Notes: a model not told the origin generated them from the sequence alone. DNA of 64,000 nt from Octopus vulgaris (GCA_951406725.2 OX597821.1:74834001-74898000); one strand, 5' to 3'; shown: positions 28,112 to 41,947, numbered from the stretch's first letter. Made by a program: numbers and translations.

Positions 28112-28985
28112 TCATAGTCTGTAGAGAAAGGTTATCACTCACAATAGCAATTACAGAACAAATGATACAGAATTGTCATGCACACACCTATTGTCTATTT
28201 TTTTTTTCTATTGTACTTCGCCGAAATTTTTCTTATAGTTTCCATTTCTATATTTTTTATCTCTATATATTTGTTTATTATTCTGTAATTTATTCCAAGG
28301 CATGCGCACTAAATAAAAGCCGGTAACCGGAGCGTCACTTTGTTGTTGTAGCGGAAACACAGATTGATTTTTGGCAGGCGTGAAATTGTGCAATCGTATG
28401 CGCTGTTGTGTTTGGTGGCGAAGAAAAAAATCTTAAGATTTAGAGTGAAGCTAATTAGGTGATCAGAAGTCAGGAGACTACGCCATCTCTCGCAGCTCAA
28501 GTGTCAGCGAGCTGTGACGGTCAGTCGGAGGATAATGTGATCTGACTCGCTTCATGTGCATCATCTTGATGAAATTATCTGTGTCGAGATGTGTGCAAAC
28601 AATTCATGGATAAAAATAAACAGCTTATCATCGTTTTCGTTACCACACCAACCCTACCTCTAAGACAAGGGACATCAGGTTTGTATTTGGACAAGGATAT
28701 CTGTGTAAGACGAAGAAACAAACAGCGACTAACATTTGACGATAAATCATGTGGAGACGAAACAGATTGCATAGATTATGTTAATGTTTTCACGACCAGA
28801 CTGAAAGCAGAAACATTTTGTAGTTTAGATGGATAACATAACGTGATGGACAAGAAAGGTGCCGTAGTGGAATGGAAAACAAACGTAATACCATCAAAGT
28901 ATGTTTTAGAATTACTCACACGTGAAAGTGGCTGGGTCTAAAAGGGAAATGTGTATAGCCGACGCTATCACCAGGCAGGCGTGTG

Positions 28986-29098
<113 letters not shown>

Positions 29099-29611
29099 CC
29101 CTTGATATATATATATTGATAGAAATGGTAAGACAACAAAAGAAAGAATGAGACCTCGATATTATGTAAATAGAGGAATTTATCTGTAATATAATATGTG
29201 ACAATTATTCGGTTGCCATAATAAAACTCCGAGTTTAGGATGTTGGGGCGGAAAACGAAATGCCGAAGCATATATACAAGGAAAAAAGTCAAGGTAAAAA
29301 ATGCGAAAATAATCTTATCATAAAAACATTTTAGTACCGGTTTCAGTCATTAAAACTCTTTCAACTCTAAGCAGGGAAACAATAAAATTTGGGAAAAATT
29401 AAATGAAAAGTTTTTCAAAGGAATATTTGCATAGTATTTAAATACATGGGGCATTTCCTTGTTTCTGCCCGTCTCTGTCTTTCTTTTTTACTCTTGTGGG
29501 TTCGAGGTCGTTGTGATTTCTTGGCAGAGAAGAAAAAGAAGAAGAAGAAGAAGAAGAAGAAGAAGAAGAAGAAGAAGAAGAAGAAGAAGAAGAAGAAGAA
29601 GAAGAAGAAGA

Positions 29612-29697
29612 ACTCCTGGGGTCGATTTGTTCGACTAAAGGTGGTGCTCCAGCATGGCCGCAGTCAAAAAATGACTAAAACAAGTAAAAGAATGAAA
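29612..29697 (+). mobile_element. SINE family B 3' tail, following a (GAA)n tract
   Basis: tcctggggtcgatttgttcgactaaaggtggtgctccagcatggccgcagtc...aacaagtaaaag. Confidence 0.85.
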
Positions 29698-29710
29698 GGA
29701 TATATATATA

Positions 29711-29759
<49 letters not shown>

Positions 29760-29766
<7 letters not shown>

Positions 29767-29955
29767 ACAGGAAACGAAAGACAAAGACAGATGAAGGAAA
29801 AAACTAGCAAGTGTATTCATTTGACGCTCGGGAAAATCAGAATGCTTTTTATGTTTGGAGCCTATACTTTTCAACAGAAAGGATACAAGGAAAAAAAGAA
29901 CAGAGAGAGAATGAAAACAAAACTTGTAGATATCAGCGGTCAAACATGTCCAATA
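29760..29955 (-). mobile_element. Hammerhead-bearing short element family P1, degenerate copy
   Basis: Homologous to 37090-37275 and 50600-50780 (gtatt..tttgacgctcgggaa...gttt.gagcct....ttc.acagaaagg..acaagg...agagaga); adjacent to (TA)n. Confidence 0.75.
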
Positions 29956-29996
29956 TATGTATATATATTCCTTCATCAGAGACAATTCCCTATATA

Positions 29997-30032
<36 letters not shown>

Positions 30033-30042
30033 TGTATGTATG

Positions 30043-30074
<32 letters not shown>

Positions 30075-30399
30075 CTATTAGACGCATGTTTGAAACTTTC
30101 ACTTATATAAACTCTTTTCACAAAAAGTTAGCCAAAATGGCTATGCATACATTAGAACATCAGTTGACAATCATGTGGTTGTGAAAAAATAAATATGAAA
30201 GAAAGTAAAGTAGATATATACTAAATGATGTAATTAACAAAATATTACTTTGATGGCATTAAAGAAGTAAGTTAAAATGGCAGCAGGTTTTGCTGATAAA
30301 AACAGAACATGACATGTACTTGTAGAGATTTAGTTGTTTGCAATCAAATGCGTTGAAGATGTGAGGCTGTGGCAATGTAAGGTAGCACCATTATTGGTA

Positions 30400-30775
30400 C
30401 ACTACCGCAGAAACGTTAATACGCCGGGCGAAATGCTTGGTGGTATTTTATGTCTTCATGTTGTGAGTTCAAATGCTACCGGGGTCGACTTCGTCTTTAA
30501 TCCTTTTGGGGTCGATAAATTAATTACCAGGTACACACTGGGGGCGATGTTATCGACTCGTCCCCTTTCTCCAAATTTCAGGACTTGTGCTTATATTAGA
30601 AAGGGTTATTAGTACACTATGGTTGAATATAGTGATGTAGTCCTACCATGTCGCTAAAGGTGTCGCTAAATAATTTCTTTTCGTGTATACCAGGGGTCTT
30701 TATGTTCAAATCCTGTTGAAATCAACATTGATTTCCTACGTTTCGGGGTTGAAAAATAAAATCCAAGTCCAGCAA
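30400..30775 (+). mobile_element. Two diverged SINE family A copies
   Basis: gcagaaacgttaatacgccgggcgaaatgc...ggggtcgataaattaattaccag, then a partial copy. Confidence 0.8.
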
Positions 30776-30783
30776 TCTTTTTT

Positions 30784-30843
<60 letters not shown>

Positions 30844-31239
30844 TCATTCATTCTTTCTTTCTTTCTTTCTTTGTCTCTGTCTGTTTGTCTGTCTCTGTTT
30901 CTCGTTTTCTCGTCGGATGTAATCGGCTGCGGTCAGCTGTAGAAAACTATATTTAGAGTCAGGCTGAAAATGCCCAAGAGACGCCATATTTCACAACGGT
31001 GACACGACGACTGCATTAGAAGTTAAGCGACCATGGAAAGATACATGATTCCGATGCAACACCAGTCCAGCGGTCTCTATTAAACTTCCGAATGTCAGTG
31101 CACAGTTTCTCTGTACTACTGCTTTTCAAACCGCAACACTAAAGTAAACTTATAAAATATTCCTAGTGTATTTTTACAGACCAACGCTTGATTAAAGGTG
31201 CAGGTGTATCACAGATATACACCGTTAATTTGTTCTAAC

Positions 31240-31440
31240 GTAGGCACAATGCCTAGAGAGGTGTTAATTGATTAAATTGACTCCAATACTTCACTCGTGC
31301 TTTATTTTATCGACCTCGGAATCATGAAGGCAAAGTTGATTTCGATAGAATTTGAACACAAAATGCGAAGAACCTTGAACAAATACAGAAACCATTTTTC
31401 TCCAACGCACTAACGATCCTTTGACCCTGCCAGCGTCCTT
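31240..31440 (-). mobile_element. Diverged SINE family A
   Basis: taggcacaatgcct...ttttatcgacctcggaatcatgaaggcaaagttgat...aatttgaac. Confidence 0.75.
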
Positions 31441-32015
31441 TGATGCACATCGTTAATACAATAATAAAAGAAAAAAAGTGATGAACATAACACTCTTTCT
31501 TTCGCTCATAGGTCAGAGACTCTGTGTGACTTTGCTTGTGTAGATTGGAAAAGTGTGGCAAGTCAGAGATGACCAAACCGAGAAGGGCCTGTGGTTCATA
31601 GTCAAGAAGCTGCAGCACAGTGTTTCTGAATTTTAAGATCCTTCTCAGTTGTGGAGCGTCTTAATGTAAAGAAAAACAGTGGTGCAATTCGGACAATAAA
31701 AAATAGCACTGATGATGATGATGATGAGGAGGAGGAGGAGGAGGAGGAGGTGGATGGTTGTGATGATGATAAATCCTCCGTCGTTTCTCGTCAATGAAAA
31801 TTTAGCTGTTCGATCTACTAGAAGAACGGTTCCGAAATTGGTAAATTCGATCTTCCCCCACCCAGCCCCCACCGTCAACATTAATGAACAAAAACTCATT
31901 TCCTCCGCTTCATTAACGAAAAATTATAATACAATTTACTTTCATACAGTTGTTTTTTTTTCTACTTGCCCCTGATTACTCAGAATTACAACTACCAATA
32001 AAAACAAACAAAAGC

Positions 32016-32078
<63 letters not shown>

Positions 32079-32547
32079 TTGCCCTAGGAGTCGGGAAGAC
32101 ACTCGGCAAGAAATGGAAGCAAATTTGAAAGAAGAAAAAAAATAATGATAATAAAGTTAATGACATTGACGATGGCAATTTGTCTCTTTTCCAATATTTA
32201 CAGGTTTATGAGAAACACTTAAATAAACTTCCACTTCATTAGATTAACAACTGTCTGAGTATTCCGCAGACTTATGATCTAAGATATTCTTAGGTTGACC
32301 CTCTTATCTTCATTTTAAGAAAGTTTAACCGCCACTGTGATGAGTTGCGTCCTTTCTTAAGGTTGTGCATCAGCATGGCCGCAATCCCACGACCGAAAAT
32401 AATAAAACAATAAAAGTATAAAAGAATTAAATAATTCCTATTTTTGTAACAGTGGACGTTGATTTGGCGAAGATTTAACTGGTCAAGCGATCACACAATG
32501 GCTGATAGCGATGACAGAGAAGGAGTGGGACAGAGTGATACAGTAAA

Positions 32548-32778
32548 GCGGCGAGCTGCCAGAACCGTTAGCACGCCGGGCGAAATGTGTAGCCGTATTT
32601 CGTCTGCCGCTACGTTCTGAGTTCAAATTCCGCCGAGGTCGACTTTGCCTTTCATCCTTTCGGGGTCGATTAAATAAGTACCAGTCACGCACTGGGGTCG
32701 ATGTAATCGACTTAATCCGTTTGTCTGTCCTTGTTTGTCCTCTCTGTGTTTAGCCCCTTGTGGGCAATAAAGAAATAG
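32548..32778 (+). mobile_element. Young SINE family A (long-tail subfamily)
   Basis: Near-identical to 5839-6068; imperfect TSD gatacagtaa/gatagagtaa. Confidence 0.93.
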
Positions 32779-33221
32779 ATAGAGTAACAGCAGCGCAGCA
32801 GCAGCAGTAGTAGTAGTAGGAAGTAATGGAGTGGGGAATGGAAGAGTAGAAATATACAAAAGTAGAAGGTTATGAGTTAGTAGTCTTATGTGCTGTTGGT
32901 GTTGTGGGGCTCAGTTAGACCTACAATTGTTTTAATTAACTCCCTTGTTCTTATTGGTACCACCATCTATGTTGTTATCGTTGTTGTTGATAATGATGAT
33001 GATGTTGATGATGATGATGATGATGATGATGATGACGATGATGATATTGTCGGTGCTGCTGAAGTTTGAGATGTTTTATTCTGATTTCTGTTTTTACCGC
33101 CCTTGCTCATTACATCGGTGTCGCTTTTTAGCTCTCCCCACGTATTTCTCCTTCGCTGCTGCTTTTCTCGTTGTTACAAGTGTTGTATCATTGTTTATTC
33201 TTCTTATTGTCCTTGTGACGT

Positions 33222-33596
33222 GGAGGCGCAATGGCCCAGTGGTTAGGGCAGCGGACTCGCGGTCGTAGGATCGCGGTTTCGATTCCCAGACCGGGCGTTG
33301 TTAGTGTTTATTGAGCGAAAACACCTAAAGCTCCACGAGGCTCCGGCAGGGATGGTGGTGATCCCTGCTGTACTCTTTCACCACAACTTACTCTTACTTC
33401 CTGTTTCTGTTGTACCTGTATTTCAAAGGGCTGGCCTTCTCACTCTCTGTATCACGCTGAATATCCCCGAGAACTACGTTAAGGGTACACGTGTCTGTGG
33501 AGTGCTCAGCCACTTACACGTTAATTTCACGAGCAGGCTGTTCCGTTGATCGGATCAACCGGAACCCTCGTCGTCGTAACCGACGGAGTGCTTCCC
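33222..33596 (+). mobile_element. Full-length tRNA-derived SINE family C (resembles octopus OR-type SINEs)
   Basis: A box tggcccagtggttagggc, B-box-like ggtttcgattccc; 14-bp TSD tgtccttgtgacgt (33208-33221/33597-33610). Confidence 0.93.
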
Positions 33597-33756
33597 TGTC
33601 CTTGTGACGTTGTCATTGCTTTTTCACATTAGGGTTATGTAATTCTTGATCACGTTGTACTCAGCTTGACTTGTTCTTGCTGTTGTTGTTGCTACATTTA
33701 TTTATTATTTTTTTTGTATCCGTTTCACTTTTTGATAAAACTATTTTTACTTTTAC

Positions 33757-34058
33757 ACTTTTATTTATTTCAGTCATTTGACTGCGGCCATGCTGCAGCG
33801 CCGCTTTCAGCCGAACAAGTCGACCCCAGGATTTATTCTTGGTACGCTGAGTACTCATTCTATCGGTCTTTTTTTGCCCATCCACTAAGCTACGAAAAGG
33901 TAAACACTCCAACATCGGTTGTGAAGCGATGGCTGGGAAACAAACACACACGCACAAACGCATACATACATACATACATACATACATACATACATACATA
34001 CATACACGCATACATATATATGTATATATATATAAGTATTTATATATACATATATATG

Positions 34059-34118
<60 letters not shown>

Positions 34119-34364
34119 TGATTTAGAGTATCTAAGAGATTCTAAAACCACATAGAGCTCCAGTATATTTTGTATTTTTGTCTTCTCTCTTGGTGCTGTA
34201 TGAACATTTAATGTGGTTTTAGAGTCAAGTTTTGACTGCCATTTCCATCGTGTTGGTCCCTGTTAAATACCCTAGATTATAATTTTAAATAATTTTTACC
34301 TTTGAAGGATTTTATTCCCATGCTGGCTACTTGATAAGATCGGTATTTAAATTAACGATGTTAT

Positions 34365-34412
<48 letters not shown>

Positions 34413-34565
34413 GACGGGATTCTTTCATTTTCCGTCTACCAAATACAGGCACATTTGATCGGCCCGAGATTATAGTAGAAGACACTTGCCCAAGGTGCCA
34501 TGCAGCGGGACTGAACCCAGAACCATGTGGTTGGGGAGCAAACTTCTTACCACACAGCCACTTCT
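33757..34565 (-). mobile_element. SINE family B with an insertion in its internal microsatellite
   Basis: Tail 33757-33960 and head 34410-34565; foreign sequence 34120-34370 lies between (TA)n tracts. Confidence 0.85.
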
Positions 34566-34799
34566 GCGCCTTTGTTAATTTACTTGGAATCATCGTCATC
34601 CTTATTATCACTGTTGTTGTTTTTGTTTAGCCCCAGATCTTTTCTGATGCAAACCCATGGCCAAAGTTATTCTAGCCATGGCCACCTTCGTCCTCTATTT
34701 AAAACGGTTCGGTTTTTGTAGCAAAACGAAGGATCACTTTAAACGATTCCTCTGTGGACCTAGGAGCTTCTGATAATTAGCTTCAGTCATTGCTGTTGT

Positions 34800-35281
34800 C
34801 ATTGTTGCTGCTGCTGTTGTTGTTGTTGTTGTTGGTGGTGGTGAGTCTTGCTGGTTGTTATTGTTACAGTTACTGCTTCGGCTAATAATACTGATGAAGT
34901 TCTTTTTAATGATGATGATGATGATGATGGTGGTGGTTGTGACGATGTTGATGGTGTATGATGATGATGGTGTATGATGATGATGATGATGATGGTGATG
35001 ATGGTGATGATGATGGTGATGATGATGATGGTGATGATGGTGATGATGATGATGATGTAGCTGCTGTTGATGTAACCGATGTTTTCGGTATTGTGTTGTT
35101 GTTGACGATGTCATTGTTGTCGGTTTTGTTGCTTTTCTTGTGTTTGTTGTCGTTGTATTGTTGTTGTTGTTGTTGTCGTCGTTCCCTTTTGTTACTGCTG
35201 TCATAGCTGCGGACATGTGTAACGGCTGCACGTCACTCCATCTCTCACTCACTCACTCACCCCATCTTTCTCCCCCCTCTC

Positions 35282-35340
<59 letters not shown>

Positions 35341-36078
35341 CTGTTGTTAGAATTTCACCGACCAAACTTGCAGCTGTTCTCACAGTGACTGATCACCTTA
35401 TATTGCGTTGATAAATACACCCACCCCACCATCACCACCACCACCACTACTACCATCACCACCACCAGTATTACCTCCACCACTACTACAACCACTAATA
35501 CAACCACCACCACCGCCACAACCATATCCACCATCACTGCCACTACCACAACTACCGTGCCACTTTCACCTCCACCACCACTGCCACCACACCACAATCA
35601 CCACCACCACCACCACCACCACCACCACCACCACCACCACCACCACCACCACAACCATCACCACTATCACCTCCACCACCACTACCACCTAACTCACTAC
35701 CACCACCACCACCACCACTACCACCACCATCGCCACCACAAACACAACCGCAACCACCACCACCATCATCGCTACCACCTCTACCCTCACCATCGTTACA
35801 AACATCGCCACAACGACCGCCCTGCTCAACAATACTGTGCAAACCGTCACCATCACCGTGGCCATCACTAATGATCCTGGTTGGAACATCTTTGAACTAG
35901 TCCTGCTCGATCAGGGTTTAAGTGATCGAGCTATATAACAGCAACAGCAGCAGTACTACCACCACTTCTACTATAAATGTCTTCATCACCGCCACCAACA
36001 CCAACACCACCTCCACCAACTCCATCATGTTCAACAACAGCAACGAGGGCTACTACTACGACTCCTAACACCACTGCA

Positions 36079-36118
<40 letters not shown>

Positions 36119-36202
36119 ACACCGCTGCAACTACTACTACTACTACAACTACAACTACTACAACAACAACTACTACTACTACTACTACTGCCGCTGCTGC
36201 TG

Positions 36203-36233
<31 letters not shown>

Positions 36234-36246
36234 CACTACTACCACC

Positions 36247-36315
<69 letters not shown>

Positions 36316-36335
36316 GCTACTACTGCTGCTGCAAA
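34800..36335. repeat. Trinucleotide field: (TTG)n, (GAT)n, (CAC)n, (ACT)n, plus (CT)n
   Basis: Direct inspection; source of the poly-H/T/D/G ORFs. Confidence 0.95.
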
Positions 36336-37089
36336 AGCCTCAAAACAACGTACTCTAACACTGCTGCTTGCTAGCAATAACGTCCCAATCTCCATTAAAA
36401 TACTCATTGTTTATGTTAGGCGCATAGTTTAATCTTGGAAACCGAAAAGGACAGACTAAGATTAACAGAAAATTTTACGAAGATCTGCCCGTTTAGATCT
36501 GACCTTGGGTTAAACAACAAACATCACCTCCCACATACACTCCAACCACTTACCTCTATCCTGATCTTGATCAACCAACTAAATTATCTGACAAATCGGT
36601 TCTTATAGAGTTCACGTGGCCTTTTCTACTCCAGTGACTTCTCTCTCTCCCTCTCATCGTTCTCTGATCGCTCTTCCACATTGAAACCTTTTGTTTTATC
36701 GTCTTTAGAATTTTCCATTGTGAAGGTGCGTTCTCGAGCAGAAGCAAGACTGGATTTTTGAATTACAGGCTCAATACAACCTGCGGGCTTCCCTAAAGTT
36801 TCTTTCTACACAATTTCACTTACAAGACTTGAATCGATCCACGACTACGATAAATAGCGAGACGCTACGTAATGGATTCGAACCTGGTAATTTGTGATTG
36901 CGAAGCGAACTTTTAATCCTTCAGTCATTCTTTTTCCGCAAGGACAAATAAACATTCGCAAAAACTCACTCGCACATAACCAGCCGCAGCATGACTCCTC
37001 ACACACGTACAATTGCACACACACACATACATACAGAGAACCGTTGATTTATTTTAGTGAAGAATTACATGTAACTATATTTCTTCATT

Positions 37090-37275
37090 AACATTTAGAG
37101 AAAAACAAAAGACGAAGACAGGTGTATGAATAACAAACAAGTGTATTAGTTTGACGCGTGGAAAAAAATAAAAAATGTATTTTATGTTTCGAGTCTACGC
37201 TCTCCAACAGAAAGAAATACAAGGAAAAAAAACCCAGAGAGAATGAGAAAAACGTGTGGAATTCAGCGGTTCAAC
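37090..37275 (-). mobile_element. Family P1 element with degenerate hammerhead
   Basis: Minus strand cttt-CTGTTGG-A-GAG-cgtaga-CTC-GAAAC-ATA-aaat. Confidence 0.75.
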
Positions 37276-37536
37276 CCCAGATCGTGGACACAACTCTGGT
37301 ACTCGACTAGATCAAAACCATTCACAACTGTTTTCTTTACGTTGTTTAAAATTTGTATCAACTGATTTTATTCGAGTCTCTCTCTCTTGCCTGTTGCTAT
37401 GAGGAGGGACCCTCATCTGCTCATTGAAGGGTATCTAAATCGCTAAATTGCATGCGGAAAAACTCAGATTACTTTATTACACGTGAAACACTCTATTAGA
37501 TAACCACAACAAAATTTATTCTTTTTAGCATACTTA

Positions 37537-37709
37537 GGAGCATGCCTGGCTCTGTGGTAAGAAGATGGCTTCCAAACCACATAGTTCCGGGTTCAGTCCC
37601 ACTGCGTAGTAACTTGGGCAAATGTCTCCTACTATAGCTTCAGGCCGACCAGAGCCTTGTTAGTGGATTTGGTGGACGGAAACTGAAAGAAGCCTGTCGT
37701 ATATATATG

Positions 37710-37752
<43 letters not shown>

Positions 37753-37970
37753 ATATACGTATGTGTGTGAGTGTGTGTTTGTCCCCGACCATCACATGAC
37801 AACTGATGTTGGTGTATTCATATCCGCTGTAACTGAGCGGTTCGGCAAAAGTGACAAATGGAATAAGTACTAGGCTTACAAAGAATAAGTCCTGGGATCG
37901 ATTTGTTCGACAAGAGGCGTTGCTCCACCATGGCCGCAGTCAAGTGACTGAAACAAATAAAAGAGTAAAA
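37537..37970 (+). mobile_element. Full-length SINE family B (tRNA head, CORE-like domain, internal microsatellite, tail)
   Basis: tggctctgtggtaagaag...gggttcagtccc (A/B boxes), cttgggcaaatgtct (CORE-like), (TA)n/(TG)n, tail ending aaacaaataaaagagtaaaag. Confidence 0.92.
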
Positions 37971-38044
37971 GTATGTGTGTGTGTGGGAAATACTATTTAT
38001 TGCATGTGGAGGCGAGCTAAAGAAGAAGGTAGAGATACAGAGAG

Positions 38045-38091
<47 letters not shown>

Positions 38092-38701
38092 AAGGGAAAG
38101 AGAGAGAGATAACTTCCTAACTGGAGAGAAAGTCTACATGGTAGAGTAGAAAGGGAGATAATAAAGTGGAGAGACAAAGAAAGAGAGAAAGAGAGAGAGG
38201 AACAATAAGAAACAAGTAATTCATCTCGTAGCAGAGTCCATGTGAGATAGAAAAGAGGGAGGCACATGAAGCATGAGAAATGCAGAAGAAAATAAAAGAA
38301 ATTGTCTTTATAAAAGATGGACTGTTTTATATACATACCAGGACGTTTAATTGCGTTATAATGGTAGAATGCGTTGGAGGGTCCTTGTCTGTCAGCGGAG
38401 TTGTGTAAGCTGAAGAAGCGGAGGGTTTTGAATACATTGTCTGAAATTATAAGAGCAAACAGAATTGAAAGAGAATTGCAAAGCTTGTTGTATCTTCATC
38501 AGCTTCATCAACCTCATGAGGTGAATGCAGTTTAGGAGTTGGCTTTGAAAAACCAACAGCTCTGACATTTAAGATTCATCTCTCTTTTCACTCTTTGATA
38601 AAGGACCGCTTCAAGATAGACATCTGCGGGAGTTCACAGGTAGAAATACTTTGCTTGGCTAGACGTCCTTGAAGTGCAGTTAAAAGCAGCGTGGGTAAGG
38701 G

Positions 38702-38734
<33 letters not shown>

Positions 38735-38908
38735 CTACTACTACTACTACTACTACTACTACTGCTACTACTACTAATGATACTGCTACTGCTACTGCTG
38801 TAGTGTCAAACATGGTCAGAGAAAGAAACAAAAATGTACATCCTTTTATTCTGTATTTACCTTTCCAAGTCTTCGGCACCACTGACGGCGGAATACCAAG
38901 TTAAAGAC

Positions 38909-38941
<33 letters not shown>

Positions 38942-39289
38942 TACACACACATAATACACACGCACGTACAAACGCACACATAGATACACACGCACGCGCG
39001 CGCACACACACACACGTGTATACACACACGTGTATACACATACGTTTAAATATGTATTAGTACGTACTTTAAGGATGTACTAATTATGTATATATATATG
39101 TTTGCATGTATGTATTTCTGCGTTTATATCATATATGTGTATGTATTTATGTATATATATATATACAGATATTTATATGTATATATAAGATATATATATA
39201 TATATTTATATATATATATATATATATACATACACTCATTTATATATATAGGTATCCCTTTCTGTGTTCTTCCTCTCTCTTCCTCGCAG

Positions 39290-39960
39290 CCTTTGTGGAA
39301 TTGAACCATTGTCGATGGCTCGGTTAGGCCCGAGCACAGCTAGATCCTCTTCTTTCTTTGTCATTCCTCCATGATGACCTGGATCTACAAGCCTCTGTGT
39401 TCGAGGTGACTAGGGGCTTCTGCTGTGCCTCCAATCTGTCCTGACGCGTCGAAGTAAATATTGCCCAGCAGAAAGTTAGAGAGTCTCTTTTCTCTTAAGA
39501 AAAGCTCGATGTGAAATCGGTCGCTATTCTCAGCCTTCTCCTCTTTGGATGCGCACGTCCCTTTAGCATATTTCCATGTTGACCTCCAAACTATCGCCAG
39601 GGCCTTCCAATGCCGATGGGGTAGTTTGTGGCTTTGGATAATTCTCGTAGACTTTCTATACTACTCTTCATGGATCTGGTACCGAACTTGAGATTACCTT
39701 TCTTACTACAACTTTCATTTCTTTCAACTGAATTTCACTGATTTTATAAGCTCATTGCAGAAGCCCAGAGAGTGGTTTGACTATCACTTGGGAGATGTTC
39801 ATAAAGGCTATCTTTAGAATAAACCAATTGTCCGGTTCTGTTTTCTTCGAGAAACTGCTTCATAAATCAGCTATGGTATGCCAGGAAGGTAGCTGTCTTT
39901 TCTTCTCCCTTCTTTCGTCTCCTATGGTTCCAAGCTCTAGTCCCTATCAGGAGCTCTTTC
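39290..39960 (-). pseudogene. HERO-like (RLE-group) non-LTR retrotransposon RT remnant
   Basis: Minus-strand fragments VVVRKVISSSVPDP (SAPGP-like), VV*KVYENYP, WKYAKG...KE, LSNFLLGNIYFDASGQIGG..APSHLEH (QKGG..PGCLEH), DLAVL, NGSIPQ (AYGSIPH). Confidence 0.75.
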
Positions 39961-40040
39961 TTGAGGATTGCTCGGAGATTTGGAAGGGCAGCTTTTCACC
40001 TCCTCTGCTTTCGTGTGTTGACAAAAGAAGACAAAGGAAA

Positions 40041-40237
40041 CGAAGAAGAAGAAGAAGAAGAAGAAGAAGAAGAAGAAGAAGAAGAAGAAGAAGAAGAAGA
40101 AGAAGAAGAAGAAGAAGAAGAAGAAGAAGAAGAAGAAGAAGAAGAAGAAGAAGAAGAAGAAGAAGAAGAAGAAGAAAAAGAAGAAGAAGAAGGAGGAGGA
40201 GAAGAAGAAGAAGAAGAAGAAGAAGAAGAAGAAGAAG

Positions 40238-40267
<30 letters not shown>
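40041..40267. repeat. (GAA)n microsatellite
   Basis: Direct inspection. Confidence 0.98.
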
Positions 40268-40270
<3 letters not shown>

Positions 40271-40274
40271 AATA

Positions 40275-41878
40275 ATTGCATTTCTATTTTCGACGATGCC
40301 TTCGGGTTTGCTGTCGTACCAATTTTTTGCTTTGTCAAGTCCATACTTGTTGCAGAGTGTCCAATGGACAAGCCTAGCTATATTGTCGTGGCATCTCTTA
40401 TATTCCATCTGGGTTAGTGGAGTACATTGGCTGGTAATATGCCATATGATTTCACCATTTTGTCCACAAATTCTGCACTTATCACTTTCTGCTGTGTTGT
40501 CCATTCTGTATTTTATGTAGTTTGTTCTTAGTGCTTGCTCTTGGGGAGCACAGATTAGAGCCTTCATTTCCGGTTTTAAATCACATTTAGTCATCCACAG
40601 CCATCTTTTTTCTCTGTCTGTCTTATCTTCAACATCCCTTTGAAATTGATCATGCATTCTTTTCTTTACCCATCTATTTTCAGTTTTATTCATTTTTATT
40701 TCTTGTATAGTGCTTTATCTTTGCAATCTTTCATCCTACACAAGCCTGACCTTCCTACTTCTAATATTAGCGGTTCTGTGGCATTTTTTTACATACCATG
40801 CTATGTTGTTTTCTTCTGCTCTAATGCTGTGTTCGCATCCAATAAGTCCTCTTCCCCATCTTTTTCTTCATACATATAGTCTGTCTGTGTCACTTTTTGG
40901 GTAGAGTGACCTATATCTAGTTAGCAACTTCCTTGTCTTTCTGTCTAAGCTGTTTAGTTCGTCTACTGTCCATGCTCCATATCTAAGTAGTGAAATCGCT
41001 CAAGTGTTGATAGATTCGATCTTATTCCGTCCATTTAATTTCAACTTAAGGATCAGTCTCAGTCTGCGCAAGTTCTCCACCTTAAAGTTTTCTCTCATTT
41101 CTTTCTCCAACAATTTATCCATTTCCAGTATCCCCAAATACTTATAGCCCGTCTCTGCTTCATAACCTCCCCCGTCGGTATCGTTAGCCCGTCCATACAT
41201 TTGATTTTGCCTCTCATCAAGACTAACACACCATACTTTCTCAGTCCGAACTACATTCTGATATCAGCACTGAAAGTATACAGCGTATCAACGAAGGGAC
41301 TGACTTGGGCTTCATCTTTACCATAAAGTTTGAGGTCATCCATGAATAACAAATGATTGACATTTTGTTGGAAGCTTTTAAATACGTACCCAGCTTTAGC
41401 TTTCCTCAGAATCAGTGTTAGTGGTATCAAGCACAGTAAAAATATCAGTGGGTACAGGAAGTCCCCTTGGAAGATGCCCCTCCTAATTTCTACTGTCCCT
41501 TAAACTTCTTTCGTATGCTGTCAGGTCCGTCCTCAAATTCGCCATACGTTTTCCAAGCAATCGCTCAACATTCGATGCAATACTAAATAAGTTCATACAC
41601 TCCATAATCCAAGAGTTTGGGATCATATCGTATGCCTTACAATAGTCGATCCATAACATGGCTAAGTGACTTTTCCTCCTCTTGCAGTCTGTAAGTACAG
41701 TTTTGTCTATCAGGAGTTCATCCTTGGTACATCTGCACTTACGCTTGCAACCCTTCTGCTCATGTGGCAGGACTCCATTTTTTTTTTCCAGATGTTCGTA
41801 CATTGACTCTGCGAGTATTCCAGTCAATAACTTCCACATAAGTGGCAAACAGGATATCGGCCTGTGATTGTCTACCGA
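40275..41878 (-). pseudogene. R4/Dong-clade non-LTR retrotransposon remnant (RT plus CCHC knuckle), truncated at both ends
   Basis: [107 protein letters not shown]; stops and frameshifts. The 5' end abuts a (TAA)n tract. Confidence 0.93.
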
Positions 41879-41892
41879 TATTATTATTATTA

Positions 41893-41947
<55 letters not shown>

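Noticed and set aside
33222-33295. tRNA gene
   Set aside because: It is the tRNA-like head of a SINE with body, tail and TSD.
35408-36432. His-, Pro- or Thr-rich ORFs
   Set aside because: These are (CAC)n and (ACT)n tracts that are open in several frames.
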